Positions 1 through 8,850 of a DNA stretch of 32,000 bases are shown piece after piece; the first letter of the stretch is position 1; every line of letters starts with the position of its first letter. The position numbers and the translations under genes were made by a program. This DNA is from Candidatus Brocadia sp. (GTDB lineage Bacteria > Planctomycetota > Brocadiia > Brocadiales > Brocadiaceae), in NCBI GenBank assembly GCA_021650915.1, contig CP091279.1:1950001-1982000 (forward strand), in the 5' to 3' direction. Below the pieces are notes generated by a model that saw only the letters and a program-made list of their open reading frames with translations, did not search any database and was not told the DNA's origin.

Positions 1-108
1 TGACCGCTGAATTGACACCCACAGGCAATCCTCATTGAATTGTTAATTGTTTTCCGCTGAACATTATTCTTTGCATCCCGGGCGGGCAGTTTTTTGTCTG
101 ACATCGCG

Positions 109-1290
109 CTAAAACAAGGTATAGCGGCACTCTAAAATGCCGCTCCATAGCTGGGGTGTCTGGCCAAGATGTTTCTTGATAATCGTCATGCATTTTTCTT
201 CCGCTGCCTTTTTCGGGAGGTGGGAACGCATTTTTACATGCACCAGTTGTGGCTCTGTAATGGGCATCCCGATCTGACTTACCAGATAGCATTCTGCCCC
301 AGGAATGTCCTGATCCTTCGCTATCTCGGCAGATATCTGGCCCGCAGTCAGATTATATAATTTACCGGTATGGGTAATCGGATTTTTCCCTGCAGTCGCT
401 TCAAGGGTCATGGGGCGGTAAGGGGTAATCAAACCGTTGGCCCTGTTTCCCCTGCCAACCTGACCATCATCCCCACACTCGGCGCTGGTGCCGGTCACGG
501 TTAAATAAACAACGTCTTTCTCATAATTGTCCGCGGCATTGATAGCAAGGGTGACTTTCCTCCTTGTCAATTTTTTCACAAAGGCCTGGATATATTCAAG
601 GAGATTCGTTTTCGTGTTAAAGTACGCATCCTTTGATGAAATAAATTGTGAGATAAAAGCTATGGCAATCGTAAGTTTTATATGATCATTTACTCTGACG
701 CCCATAATTTTAATATCCTCGCCAATCATGGGGTAGTCCCGTTTTACTTCTGTCGAATTTAAAAATTGTTCGGTGTGATAGACGAGGGACTCTGTTTCCG
801 TCAGAGGTGAGAAACCAACGCCTATCGATGTATCATTTGCTAACGGAATCGAGCTGTCAAAGGTTGCCCGCAAATCGGCGCTGCCCGTTCTGATTTTTGT
901 TTCAACAACGACATTTTTTTCTGGTTTCAGGAATCTTAGTCGCTCATTTAACCACCGGTTCGTTGTTTCTCTGGCAATTTCCTCCAAGGGTACCTTTTCA
1001 TTCCCTACTCTTTCCACTGCCCGGCCAACAATAATCAACTGTATCGGAGTTATCACCTCACCCCCGCCAAAACATACCTCGGAACGGCCACCCACGAGAA
1101 GGCATTTATCGATATTGTGGTGGAGTACTTTGCCAAATTTTTTGAGATAATATTGAGAGAATGCAATGCTCAATTCTTCAGCGGCACGATCACATAAGGT
1201 ATCCGGATGCCCTGTACCTTTGCGTTCAACAATCTCAATCATCGATTGCTGTGCAGATACGCCACCTATTTTTTCGATAATAATTTCCAT
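109..1290 (-). CDS. S-adenosylmethionine synthetase, archaeal-type (MAT)
   Basis: 393-aa ORF. The N-terminal pattern IEIVERKGTGHPDTLCDRAAEE...HHNIDKCLLVGG...FGGGEVITPI...VGRA matches the archaeal-type AdoMet synthetase family rather than bacterial MetK. Confidence 0.85.
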   Translation of the reverse strand: MEIIIEKIGGVSAQQSMIEIVERKGTGHPDTLCDRAAEELSIAFSQYYLKKFGKVLHHNIDKCLLVGGRSEVCFGGGEVITPIQLIIVGRAVERVGNEKVPLEEIARETTNRWLNERLRFLKPEKNVVVETKIRTGSADLRATFDSSIPLANDTSIGVGFSPLTETESLVYHTEQFLNSTEVKRDYPMIGEDIKIMGVRVNDHIKLTIAIAFISQFISSKDAYFNTKTNLLEYIQAFVKKLTRRKVTLAINAADNYEKDVVYLTVTGTSAECGDDGQVGRGNRANGLITPYRPMTLEATAGKNPITHTGKLYNLTAGQISAEIAKDQDIPGAECYLVSQIGMPITEPQLVHVKMRSHLPKKAAEEKCMTIIKKHLGQTPQLWSGILECRYTLF

Positions 1291-1686
1291 GCTTTCTTGT
1301 CTGTTGGTATGCTTTGCATGAACGACCCCGCTACAATGCAGATGATTGCAAAAAAGGCATTGGTGCCATAGAGTGAAGAACCAAGACCACGGATAATCCC
1401 GATCCCGTCAATAAGGCCAAGATCCAAGGGGAATCTCGGCCTTATTGGGAACGGCCACAGCTCTTATCATTTACCCAATGGCCATCGATGAGAAGGAGGA
1501 TTCTTGAATTGCAATCATCAGAAAGGCGGAGAGAATATACATGCATTCCTTAAGCATGGTGCCGGTAAATGGTTGCGTTCACAAACTTTTTTATCTTGCC
1601 ATCGCGAGTAACAGTAAGCCAATTGCACGTCTTCATAAAGCAAGAAAACTCCCTTCGCAAAGACACGAGACACGCGAAACGCATTT

Positions 1687-2151
1687 TCACGGTTGCACAG
1701 GTTCACGCTCAGGGTATCTGACGCATAAAACGGGACATGAGGCTGTCCTGACGACCTTTTCTGCTGTACTCCCCAAAAGTGCATGAGAAATCCCCGTCCG
1801 GCCATGAGTAGCAATGGTAATTAAATCAATATCATATTTCTTGGCAGCCTTTATGATCTCCTGAAAGGGTGTTCCTCGTACAATAATGTTTTCGATCTTG
1901 ATCTTTTCAAGGAATCTTCTGGGTATCAGACGGTGGATATTCTTTTTTGCCTCCCGTTCCATATCAGCATAGAATTTTGATACCGGAAAGGTTGCTCCGC
2001 CAGACCCAATAGGAATATTTAGCTTGGGAATTACATTGAGAATATAGAGTTTTGCCCCACGCTCTGTGGCAAAATCCAGGGCATATTTTAAAGCATATTT
2101 TGAACAAACAGAAAAGTCGGTGGGAAATAGAATTTTTTCGATTTTCATCAT
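1687..2151 (-). CDS. universal stress protein (single Usp domain)
   Basis: 154 aa. It has the KILFPTDFS N-terminus and the C-terminal ATHGRTGISHALLGSTAEKVVRTASCPVL nucleotide-binding motif typical of the UspA family. Confidence 0.85.
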   Translation of the reverse strand: MMKIEKILFPTDFSVCSKYALKYALDFATERGAKLYILNVIPKLNIPIGSGGATFPVSKFYADMEREAKKNIHRLIPRRFLEKIKIENIIVRGTPFQEIIKAAKKYDIDLITIATHGRTGISHALLGSTAEKVVRTASCPVLCVRYPEREPVQP

Positions 2152-2187
2152 AATTGGGACTCCTCAGTAAATTTTGACTGTATGGTG

Positions 2188-2700
2188 TTACCGCCGCCAT
2201 TCTACACGCATAAACTTTGCATTTTCATGTTTTTTATATTCCACTTCGCCACTGTAGGCCTTGAACAAAATCGACCCGATACGCTGCGCCAGCTTCGCGG
2301 AGGTGGTGTGCACCTCGACCTCGCCTCCCTTATCCTGAAGCTTCATGATCCTTTTTAAAGGGTTATACTTCTTCGAACGATCATCCTCATTATGAATAAG
2401 ATTCAGGATCTCCTCTTTGTGCTGTTTCAGAAAATCCCCTTTGAGTTTCACAATGCCGTTCGGAACATTTTCCTTCGTCTTCTTGCACGCGGGACAGGTT
2501 ACCCAGTTTACATTTTTTAAACCTTTCTTTTCTTTATACATTTTAGCATCGAGGAACCACTTTTTATTGTGATACACCGAAGTGCAATCTTTACAAATAG
2601 CAATCCCCACCAACCCCTTGCCTTTTGGCGGTAAATACGGATCATTTTCCGAATATACTTTATTTCTGGTATGTTTTCCGACCTCTCGTGGCACTTTCAT
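2188..2700 (-). CDS. conserved basic zinc-ribbon protein of unknown function (NMD3-like CxxC...CxxC)
   Basis: 170-aa ORF with two Cys pairs (C36/C39 in CKDC, C69/C72 in CPAC). It is tightly packed between flanking same-strand genes. No specific family is securely recognised. Confidence 0.55.
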   Translation of the reverse strand: MKVPREVGKHTRNKVYSENDPYLPPKGKGLVGIAICKDCTSVYHNKKWFLDAKMYKEKKGLKNVNWVTCPACKKTKENVPNGIVKLKGDFLKQHKEEILNLIHNEDDRSKKYNPLKRIMKLQDKGGEVEVHTTSAKLAQRIGSILFKAYSGEVEYKKHENAKFMRVEWRR

Positions 2701-2858
2701 GCTATTCCTTTCTCCTCTCGCTCAAATTGATTAAACTTTTCCCAGGCATTGGACAACGTATTCCAAGTTTTATAACCTGTCGGGCACCTTCACCATTTTC
2801 GACTGCATGTTACTTCAGATTGTTTTTTGATTTTTTTGATTGACAAGTCCTGTCCTCT

Positions 2859-4445
2859 TTACTGGTATATATGATACCCGATATCGGAGAATATGTTATC
2901 CTTACTCTCAATGTCAGAGAGCCATGCAGCGTCAACCCTATCCGACCGAATATCGTCGTAAAGTTTCGTAAAACGCAAGAGGTGTTCTTTCGTTCTCTTT
3001 ACGGCGTATTTTACCATGGCGCCAGTCTTCATAATAAATGCCCAATCGCTGCTTTGCGCCAGCAAGAGTTCCCGTGCGGCCTGGTTGAGCGCCCGGTTCT
3101 GCAAAGAATTTTCGTCCCGGCGCGGGTAGGTATTCGCCAATTCAACCATCCGCTCTGCCGCTTTATGCAGATGACGATAAATCCAATCGTTGTTTTCGTT
3201 CAACCAGTATTCATGATAACCCTTGTACCCCCAGCTCGAACAAGACGGCGTGGACACCTGATTGACCGGATATTTTTCAAGGTATTCCAGCGGGGTACTC
3301 AGCGAGATTGCCTTGTGGTCAGAGGCAATCTTCCGAAAGAGAACATTGATCCATTGAGGTCCTTCAAACCACCAATGTCCAAAAAGTTCAGCGTCGTACG
3401 GAGCGACAACTATGGGTTTCCGATCCATTACCGATGACAGGCGCTCAATCTGCCGCTCCCGGTTGAACAGAAAATTTTCCGCATGTTCAACGGCCTTACC
3501 CAATGCCCTTTCCGGACAATAAGGCTCCTTGTGGTCCGTTTTACCGGTAATCCGGTAGTATTTAATGCCGATATTACTCCGCTTGCCATCCCCATGGAGA
3601 TACGGACGTATATAATCATAATCGAGATCAAAACCCACGTCCCGATAAAACTCTCGATACACAAAATCCCCAGGATATCCTTCCTTCGCGCTCCACACCT
3701 GCTTGGAAGACTCCTGGTCTCTGCCAAAAGCAGCTATTCCTGAAGGGGTCATAATCGGAGCGTAAACACCATATTTCGGTCTTGGCGAGGCAAAGAGAAT
3801 TCCGTGGGTTTCCGTAATAAAAAAACGTATTCCTGCTTCACTAAGAATACGATCGCCTTCTGGTTCATAGGCACACTCCGACAGCCACATTCCACGGGGT
3901 CGCCGGCCAAAATGTTTCTCATAATGATTTATCGCAACGTGGACCTGGGCGCGCATGGCATTCACATTGTGATTCATGAGCGGAAAATAGCTATGGGTAG
4001 CCCCGCAGGTAATCACCTCCATCTTTCCTGCATCCTGAAATTTTTTAAAGGCAGTAATGAGGTTTCGCCGGTATTTTTCCGCAAAGATATACCGTGCATT
4101 GGTAAAATACCCGTGATACATTTGCGCAAGCCGTTGAAATGCTGCTTGATGCCTCGTTCTCTCAATCTCCTTTTCTGTAAGTTCAATCCGTTTTTCAAGG
4201 TAACGGATATACCGGGATTGTAAAAGGGCGTCCGTCAGCATCGAAATCAGCGGCGGTGATAGAGACATCGTTACGCGAAAATCGACACCGTCTTCGATCA
4301 GTTTATCAAAGACATTAATAAGCGGAATGTATGTTTCCGTAATAGCTTCAAAGAGCCAGTCTTCTTCAAGAAATTCGGCATATTCCGGATGGCGGACAAA
4401 TGGCAGGTGCGCGTGCAAAATGAACAACAAGTAACCCTTTTCCAT
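2859..4445 (-). CDS. GH57-family 1,4-alpha-glucan branching enzyme
   Basis: 528 aa. It has the N-terminal LFILHAHLPFVRHPE motif, a WLSECAYEPE catalytic-region motif, and a long helical C-terminal domain typical of GH57 branching enzymes. Confidence 0.85.
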   Translation of the reverse strand: MEKGYLLFILHAHLPFVRHPEYAEFLEEDWLFEAITETYIPLINVFDKLIEDGVDFRVTMSLSPPLISMLTDALLQSRYIRYLEKRIELTEKEIERTRHQAAFQRLAQMYHGYFTNARYIFAEKYRRNLITAFKKFQDAGKMEVITCGATHSYFPLMNHNVNAMRAQVHVAINHYEKHFGRRPRGMWLSECAYEPEGDRILSEAGIRFFITETHGILFASPRPKYGVYAPIMTPSGIAAFGRDQESSKQVWSAKEGYPGDFVYREFYRDVGFDLDYDYIRPYLHGDGKRSNIGIKYYRITGKTDHKEPYCPERALGKAVEHAENFLFNRERQIERLSSVMDRKPIVVAPYDAELFGHWWFEGPQWINVLFRKIASDHKAISLSTPLEYLEKYPVNQVSTPSCSSWGYKGYHEYWLNENNDWIYRHLHKAAERMVELANTYPRRDENSLQNRALNQAARELLLAQSSDWAFIMKTGAMVKYAVKRTKEHLLRFTKLYDDIRSDRVDAAWLSDIESKDNIFSDIGYHIYQ

Positions 4446-4448
4446 ACC

Positions 4449-5273
4449 TTATTCTTTTGAAATTGCTGAAACGCGCGGAGCTTCAGGCGAAGAAACGCCC
4501 TCTTTCAGTATTTCCTGCCAACCCTTATGCACCCTTTTTCTTACAGATGCACTGCTGCCGAATTCATCCGGGGCGCTTATTTCCGCATACAGCGCCTCAA
4601 TGCTCATCCACGTTTCGTCAACGACCTCTGATACGCCGGAAGGGGGTGTTTTCACCGGATTCGACCGTGCAATGAGACGAAACGTTCCGTTCGGGGTAAT
4701 GAACCCGATGTCTGCATAAAACGACCTGTTGGGTTTCCCTGTATGAATGTACCAGCTTCGCGTCCCGTCGGTTACTTCAATATCAAAGTACGTATGGGCA
4801 TTGTTTCCGTTAAAGAGTACATCGGTGACATCATAAACCCGCAATACAATCTTTGCGCTATGCGCCATGCTGCCAAGCGTATTGAGAATATTGTCCAAAA
4901 TTTCCTTTCTGAGTTCCCAGTAAGCAAACAGACACTCTGTGTCCCGTACCATCAACACAACGCGATTATCTCCGTAATCCTCAGGAAGTTCAGAAATGCT
5001 TGGGGTACGCACCACCTCTTTCACTTCTCCCGGAGGTTGAGGATTATCCGTCCTGGCAAGCGACCCCTTTGGAGATACCGGCCAGGTATCTTCACCGGTA
5101 TCGCCCCATACTTGCTCTTCGCCCCGTTCAGGTGAGGAAATATCCGTCACGCCAAAAAATCTGTCCCAGATGAGGCAAAAAAAGCCCTTTGTCTTTTTCC
5201 AGAGCATCTCGCAAAATACCTTGATGACCTCAAGGGTTAGGAGGAATATTTCTTTCAGAATTTCTTTGTCCAT
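4449..5273 (-). CDS. DUF4912-like protein (usual partner of GH57 branching enzyme)
   Basis: 274 aa. The RVVLMVRDTECLFAYWEL motif is characteristic of DUF4912. The stop lies 3 nt upstream of the GH57 start, so the two are probably an operon. Confidence 0.65.
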   Translation of the reverse strand: MDKEILKEIFLLTLEVIKVFCEMLWKKTKGFFCLIWDRFFGVTDISSPERGEEQVWGDTGEDTWPVSPKGSLARTDNPQPPGEVKEVVRTPSISELPEDYGDNRVVLMVRDTECLFAYWELRKEILDNILNTLGSMAHSAKIVLRVYDVTDVLFNGNNAHTYFDIEVTDGTRSWYIHTGKPNRSFYADIGFITPNGTFRLIARSNPVKTPPSGVSEVVDETWMSIEALYAEISAPDEFGSSASVRKRVHKGWQEILKEGVSSPEAPRVSAISKE

Positions 5274-5442
5274 ACTTTCAACTCTGACATGATGAAAGAA
5301 TGTCTCGTTTTAAACAATTGAAAAACAAAGGTTTAACAAAAAATATTAAAACCAGATTATACCTTAATTAAACGTCCATGGTCAATAAAATTCATATAAG
5401 ATGGATACGGGAGGACACCTTGCAGGATTTGAAACTAATCTC

Positions 5443-5471
5443 TTGACAAACCCCAGTCATTCGGTAATAAT
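5443..5471 (+). promoter_or_regulatory. candidate sigma70-type promoter for the tandem-Usp gene
   Basis: TTGACA (5443-5448), a 17-nt spacer, then AATAAT (5466-5471), about 95 nt upstream of the ATG at 5565. This is motif evidence only. Confidence 0.4.
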
Positions 5472-5564
5472 CGCAGCGTTATGCTATTGTTGATGTTTTA
5501 AGCAAATAAGGCTCTTATTTTTCATGCCCTTTCCAAAAAACAGACAACCGGAGGCCTTGCAATT

Positions 5565-6413
5565 ATGATTAAGCGAATACTTGTCCCTACTGATGGTTCA
5601 GATAATAGTCTTGCCGCCGCCGATTACGCGGTGGCCATTGCAGGGCTTTTTAAGGCCAGCATCAGGGGGTTGTTCGTTAAAGATGTCAAGGTATTAACCG
5701 GCCCTCTGATTCATGACATAGGGACAAGCATCGGTGGAATGGTACCCTATGGCACCTTTAACCAAACAATCAGAGAGATGCTGGAATCACAAGCAGATGC
5801 GGCGTTGGCTCTGGTAGAAGGGAAATGCGCTCAGGCAGGAGTGTCATTTGCCCAGGAGATACGCGAAGGAGTGGTAAGCCATGAAATCGTTAAATCTGCG
5901 GATGATTGCGACCTGATCTCTATGGGAAAGATGGGTATTCATGCCGAATGGCGCGATGTCTTTTTAGGTACGAATGTTGAATTTGTGGTACGGCAGACCC
6001 ATAAGCCGGTACTTATCAGCCCATCAGAATACAAACCGTTTACCAGGATGCTGATTGCCTACGATGGAAGCGCCTTTGCGGATAAGGCCCTGAGGAGCGG
6101 AGCTGAAATAGCGGTGGCTATGAAGTTGCCGATAACGGTGGTCTGTGTGGCAGACAAAAAAGACGCAGCCCTGGAACCGTTATCAAAGGCAAAGACCTTT
6201 CTTGAAGGATACCAGCTTACCGTTAATACTGTTGCAAAAGAAGGCGCCGATCATGCAAAAGGCATTCTGGAACTCTGTAACGATGAAGACGAAAAATTTG
6301 ATATCCTGGTCATGGGTGCCTACGGCCATTCAAGAATTCAGGAAATGATCCTTGGGAGTACCACGGTAAGAGTTATGAGATCCACGCACTGTCCCATCCT
6401 GCTTTATCGCTAA
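5565..6413 (+). CDS. tandem universal stress protein (two Usp domains)
   Basis: 282 aa with two Usp halves. They start RILVPTDGS and RMLIAYDGS, and the protein ends with the GAYGHSRIQEMILGSTTVRVMRSTHCPILL motif. Confidence 0.85.
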   Translation: MIKRILVPTDGSDNSLAAADYAVAIAGLFKASIRGLFVKDVKVLTGPLIHDIGTSIGGMVPYGTFNQTIREMLESQADAALALVEGKCAQAGVSFAQEIREGVVSHEIVKSADDCDLISMGKMGIHAEWRDVFLGTNVEFVVRQTHKPVLISPSEYKPFTRMLIAYDGSAFADKALRSGAEIAVAMKLPITVVCVADKKDAALEPLSKAKTFLEGYQLTVNTVAKEGADHAKGILELCNDEDEKFDILVMGAYGHSRIQEMILGSTTVRVMRSTHCPILLYR

Positions 6414-6624
6414 TGTTCGCTGATCATGAGCAACGATACATCAAAAAGTTAGACCACTATCCGCATGTGCCAAAAAATTTTCCATCGGGAGATATGCCAT
6501 CGAACATATTCATAGCATAGATTATTATCACCGGGAAGACGAGCATGGCCATAAACACGAATACCGGGCGCACGAGCGAAAGAGGCTGGTCCTTGCAAGC
6601 ATCATAACGGGAAGCGTCTTTGTT

Positions 6625-7485
6625 GTGGAGATTCTTGGGGGAATTATTACCAATAGTCTTGCCCTGATCAGCGATGCAGGTCACATGCTCACCCACCTGT
6701 TTGCATTACTCGTGAGCCTGTTTGCCCTCTATTTTGCAGCAAAACCCCCCACAGGGAAAAAAACCTATGGCTTCTATCGGTTGGAGATACTAGCGGCCTT
6801 ATTTAACGGCATAACCCTCTTCATGATTACCCTATGGATATTTTATGAAGCCTACCACCGTTTTATGCACCCGGAAACCATCTCGAGCGGCAAGATGTTT
6901 ATTGTGGCCTTAGTAGGCTTGGCTGCCAATGTAGCTTGCGCTTACATCCTCAAAGGAAAAGGCCATGGGCACGAACACAGCCTGAATGTCAAAGCCGCAT
7001 TTCTGCACATGTTGGGAGATACCCTTTCGTCAGTGGGTGTTATCATTGGCGCTATTCTTATCTATTATACGAACTGGTTTGTTGTTGATCCCATCATCAG
7101 CGTCATGCTCTGCATACTTATCCTGGTGTGGTCTTATAAATTAGTAATGGAATCTGTTGACGTTTTGTTGGAAGCAACGCCAAAGGAGATTGATATCTGC
7201 AAAGTTATTGCCAGTCTCAAACAGATTTCCGGCGTTGATAATGCCCATGATATTCACATCTGGACAATAACCTCTGGTATGTATTCCATGAGTGGCCACA
7301 TCGATACAAAGGACATGATGATCAGTGAGACGACCAAGCTTTCTAAAGAGATTAACCGTGTCCTGGGTGAAAAATTTAAGATTGGCCATACCGTAATTCA
7401 GTTCGGATGTGAATGCAAAGTCAATAATACACACGACGAACACCACCATCCGGGAACGGACCCGCACGAGCATCATGCACATTAG
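6625..7485 (+). CDS. cation diffusion facilitator (CzcD/ZitB-like Zn/Co/Cd exporter)
   Basis: Contains the SLALISDAGHMLTH and HMLGDTLSSVG metal-site motifs, the HDIHIWTITSG cytoplasmic domain, and a His-rich tail HDEHHHPGTDPHEHHAH. The family-like sequence (His-rich N-terminus plus the first TM) continues upstream in frame to ~6430 with no ATG, GTG or TTG, so the true start is uncertain. Confidence 0.8.
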   Translation: MEILGGIITNSLALISDAGHMLTHLFALLVSLFALYFAAKPPTGKKTYGFYRLEILAALFNGITLFMITLWIFYEAYHRFMHPETISSGKMFIVALVGLAANVACAYILKGKGHGHEHSLNVKAAFLHMLGDTLSSVGVIIGAILIYYTNWFVVDPIISVMLCILILVWSYKLVMESVDVLLEATPKEIDICKVIASLKQISGVDNAHDIHIWTITSGMYSMSGHIDTKDMMISETTKLSKEINRVLGEKFKIGHTVIQFGCECKVNNTHDEHHHPGTDPHEHHAH

Positions 7486-7871
7486 TGTCCGACAAAAACA
7501 ACTTCTATCATCGCCTTTTGTCCCGCAGCAGAAAAGACCATCTGTGTAGTGCCCGGAGAAACCCCACTTACGGTAAATGTGGCCTTGCCAGCCGGATTTG
7601 TGAGAGATTCAGGGGTAATCGTCGCAACCGTCGGGACAGTACTCACCGCCGTGACTTCTATACCAAAGAGTGGTCCCCCCTCTTTATCCAATACCTGAAT
7701 AAATACGTTATCCTCAGAACCAGAGTGGACGCTCAGTCTGTGGGGGCTCACCACGATACGCACCCCTTCCTCATACGGAAGATAGGAACGCGTTTGCGCA
7801 CACGAGCACAGGAAAATGATGCTCATCCAGATGAAAGAAAGACACAGACCCTTGTATTTCAAAAATTTCAT
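7482..7871 (-). CDS. lipoprotein with bacterial Ig-like domain
   Basis: 129 aa. It has a signal peptide with the lipobox-like IFLCSC, followed by a beta-rich Big-like segment (ATFTVSGVSPGTTQMVFSAAGQ). Confidence 0.6.
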   Translation of the reverse strand: MKFLKYKGLCLSFIWMSIIFLCSCAQTRSYLPYEEGVRIVVSPHRLSVHSGSEDNVFIQVLDKEGGPLFGIEVTAVSTVPTVATITPESLTNPAGKATFTVSGVSPGTTQMVFSAAGQKAMIEVVFVGH

Positions 7872-7924
7872 GAAGCTACTCCTCCCTTCAATAACGCCTG
7901 AACTTCCTCGTTTACGTTACGCAG

Positions 7925-8707
7925 TTAAAAACCCAGGTGGTCGATATTCCAATGGTACAAATCTTCTATCCGATCAATATCCGCTAATATCTTAAGGGTG
8001 CCGCAGGATAAATTCTTCTCCTGTAGCCTTTCTATTGTTTGGGCAAACACACGGCTGGTGCTCCAGTCTATGCCGGTAAACAACTCTGGAGTGTATCTGG
8101 CCATACCGATCAGGTAATAACCGCCATCTCTGCATGGTCCGATAACAACGTCCTTTTTTTGTAATACTTCAAAGGCGCGTTCAAGGAGTTCCGCATCTAT
8201 CTCCGGACAGTCTGTTCCTATGATTATGGCACGTGGGGATGAATACCCCTTGCCCTCATTTTCACAAGAATGATTTTTAGTGAGTCTTTTTGCCCAGTCT
8301 CGTCCTCTCTTCCCGAAAAGACTGAGAGGCGGAGCGGTATTGTGGTTGCGGCGATGTTTCTCCGGAATTTTTTTGCCATGCCTGCCTTGCAATGTTTGTT
8401 CAAAGGCATGGGACATTCTTGCACCCAGATCATCCCCTTCCTGAGAGATAAATTGTGTGTGGACTTCCGGAATGACGCTAAAGAAAGGTGTAAGCCAGGC
8501 CTTGATTTCATTTGCCTTATCTGCGGGGGTAAAAAAGATCCGCACCTCATAGGTCATTTGATTTTTCGGAAGGATATTCCTGATAACCCGTTCTGCAAGT
8601 GATTGGTAAATGAGGCATGCCCGCTCAGCGCCGATGTTCTTTGCCAAACGGGTTTTCACGTGCCCGGGACTTGGATATTTGAGGAAGACAATGAGTACCT
8701 TATCCAT
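7925..8707 (-). CDS. DUF2064/TIGR04282-like glycosyltransferase-fold protein
   Basis: 260 aa. The VLIVFLKYPSPGHVKTRLA N-terminus, IIIGTDCPE, GPCRDGGYYLIG and IDWSTSRVF motifs fit the family. It carries an extra ~50-aa basic segment in the middle. Confidence 0.7.
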   Translation of the reverse strand: MDKVLIVFLKYPSPGHVKTRLAKNIGAERACLIYQSLAERVIRNILPKNQMTYEVRIFFTPADKANEIKAWLTPFFSVIPEVHTQFISQEGDDLGARMSHAFEQTLQGRHGKKIPEKHRRNHNTAPPLSLFGKRGRDWAKRLTKNHSCENEGKGYSSPRAIIIGTDCPEIDAELLERAFEVLQKKDVVIGPCRDGGYYLIGMARYTPELFTGIDWSTSRVFAQTIERLQEKNLSCGTLKILADIDRIEDLYHWNIDHLGF

Positions 8708-8850
8708 TGTTACTGCACAGCATATGAGGGACGCTGAATATCAGGAAAATTAAGCAGCTTTCTCCTTGAGGCCGGAAGTCAGAATGAAGCAGACAGTGCG
8801 GCAAAACTCCTTTTTTCCCGGATTCTGACCCCTCAATTCTCAGATGTAAT

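Noticed and set aside
32-360. Short ORFs at 32-292 (minus strand) and 169-360 (plus strand) lie at the left edge of the window.
   Set aside because: They overlap the 3' end of the well-supported MAT gene in other frames and have no independent support.
1291-1520. I tested whether the MAT leader is a classical SAM-I (S-box) riboswitch.
   Set aside because: The conserved S-box core strings (for example GAGGGA...GCAACC...GGTGC.AA..CC) are not present on the minus strand. Only generic inverted repeats are seen, which I report separately as a low-confidence finding.
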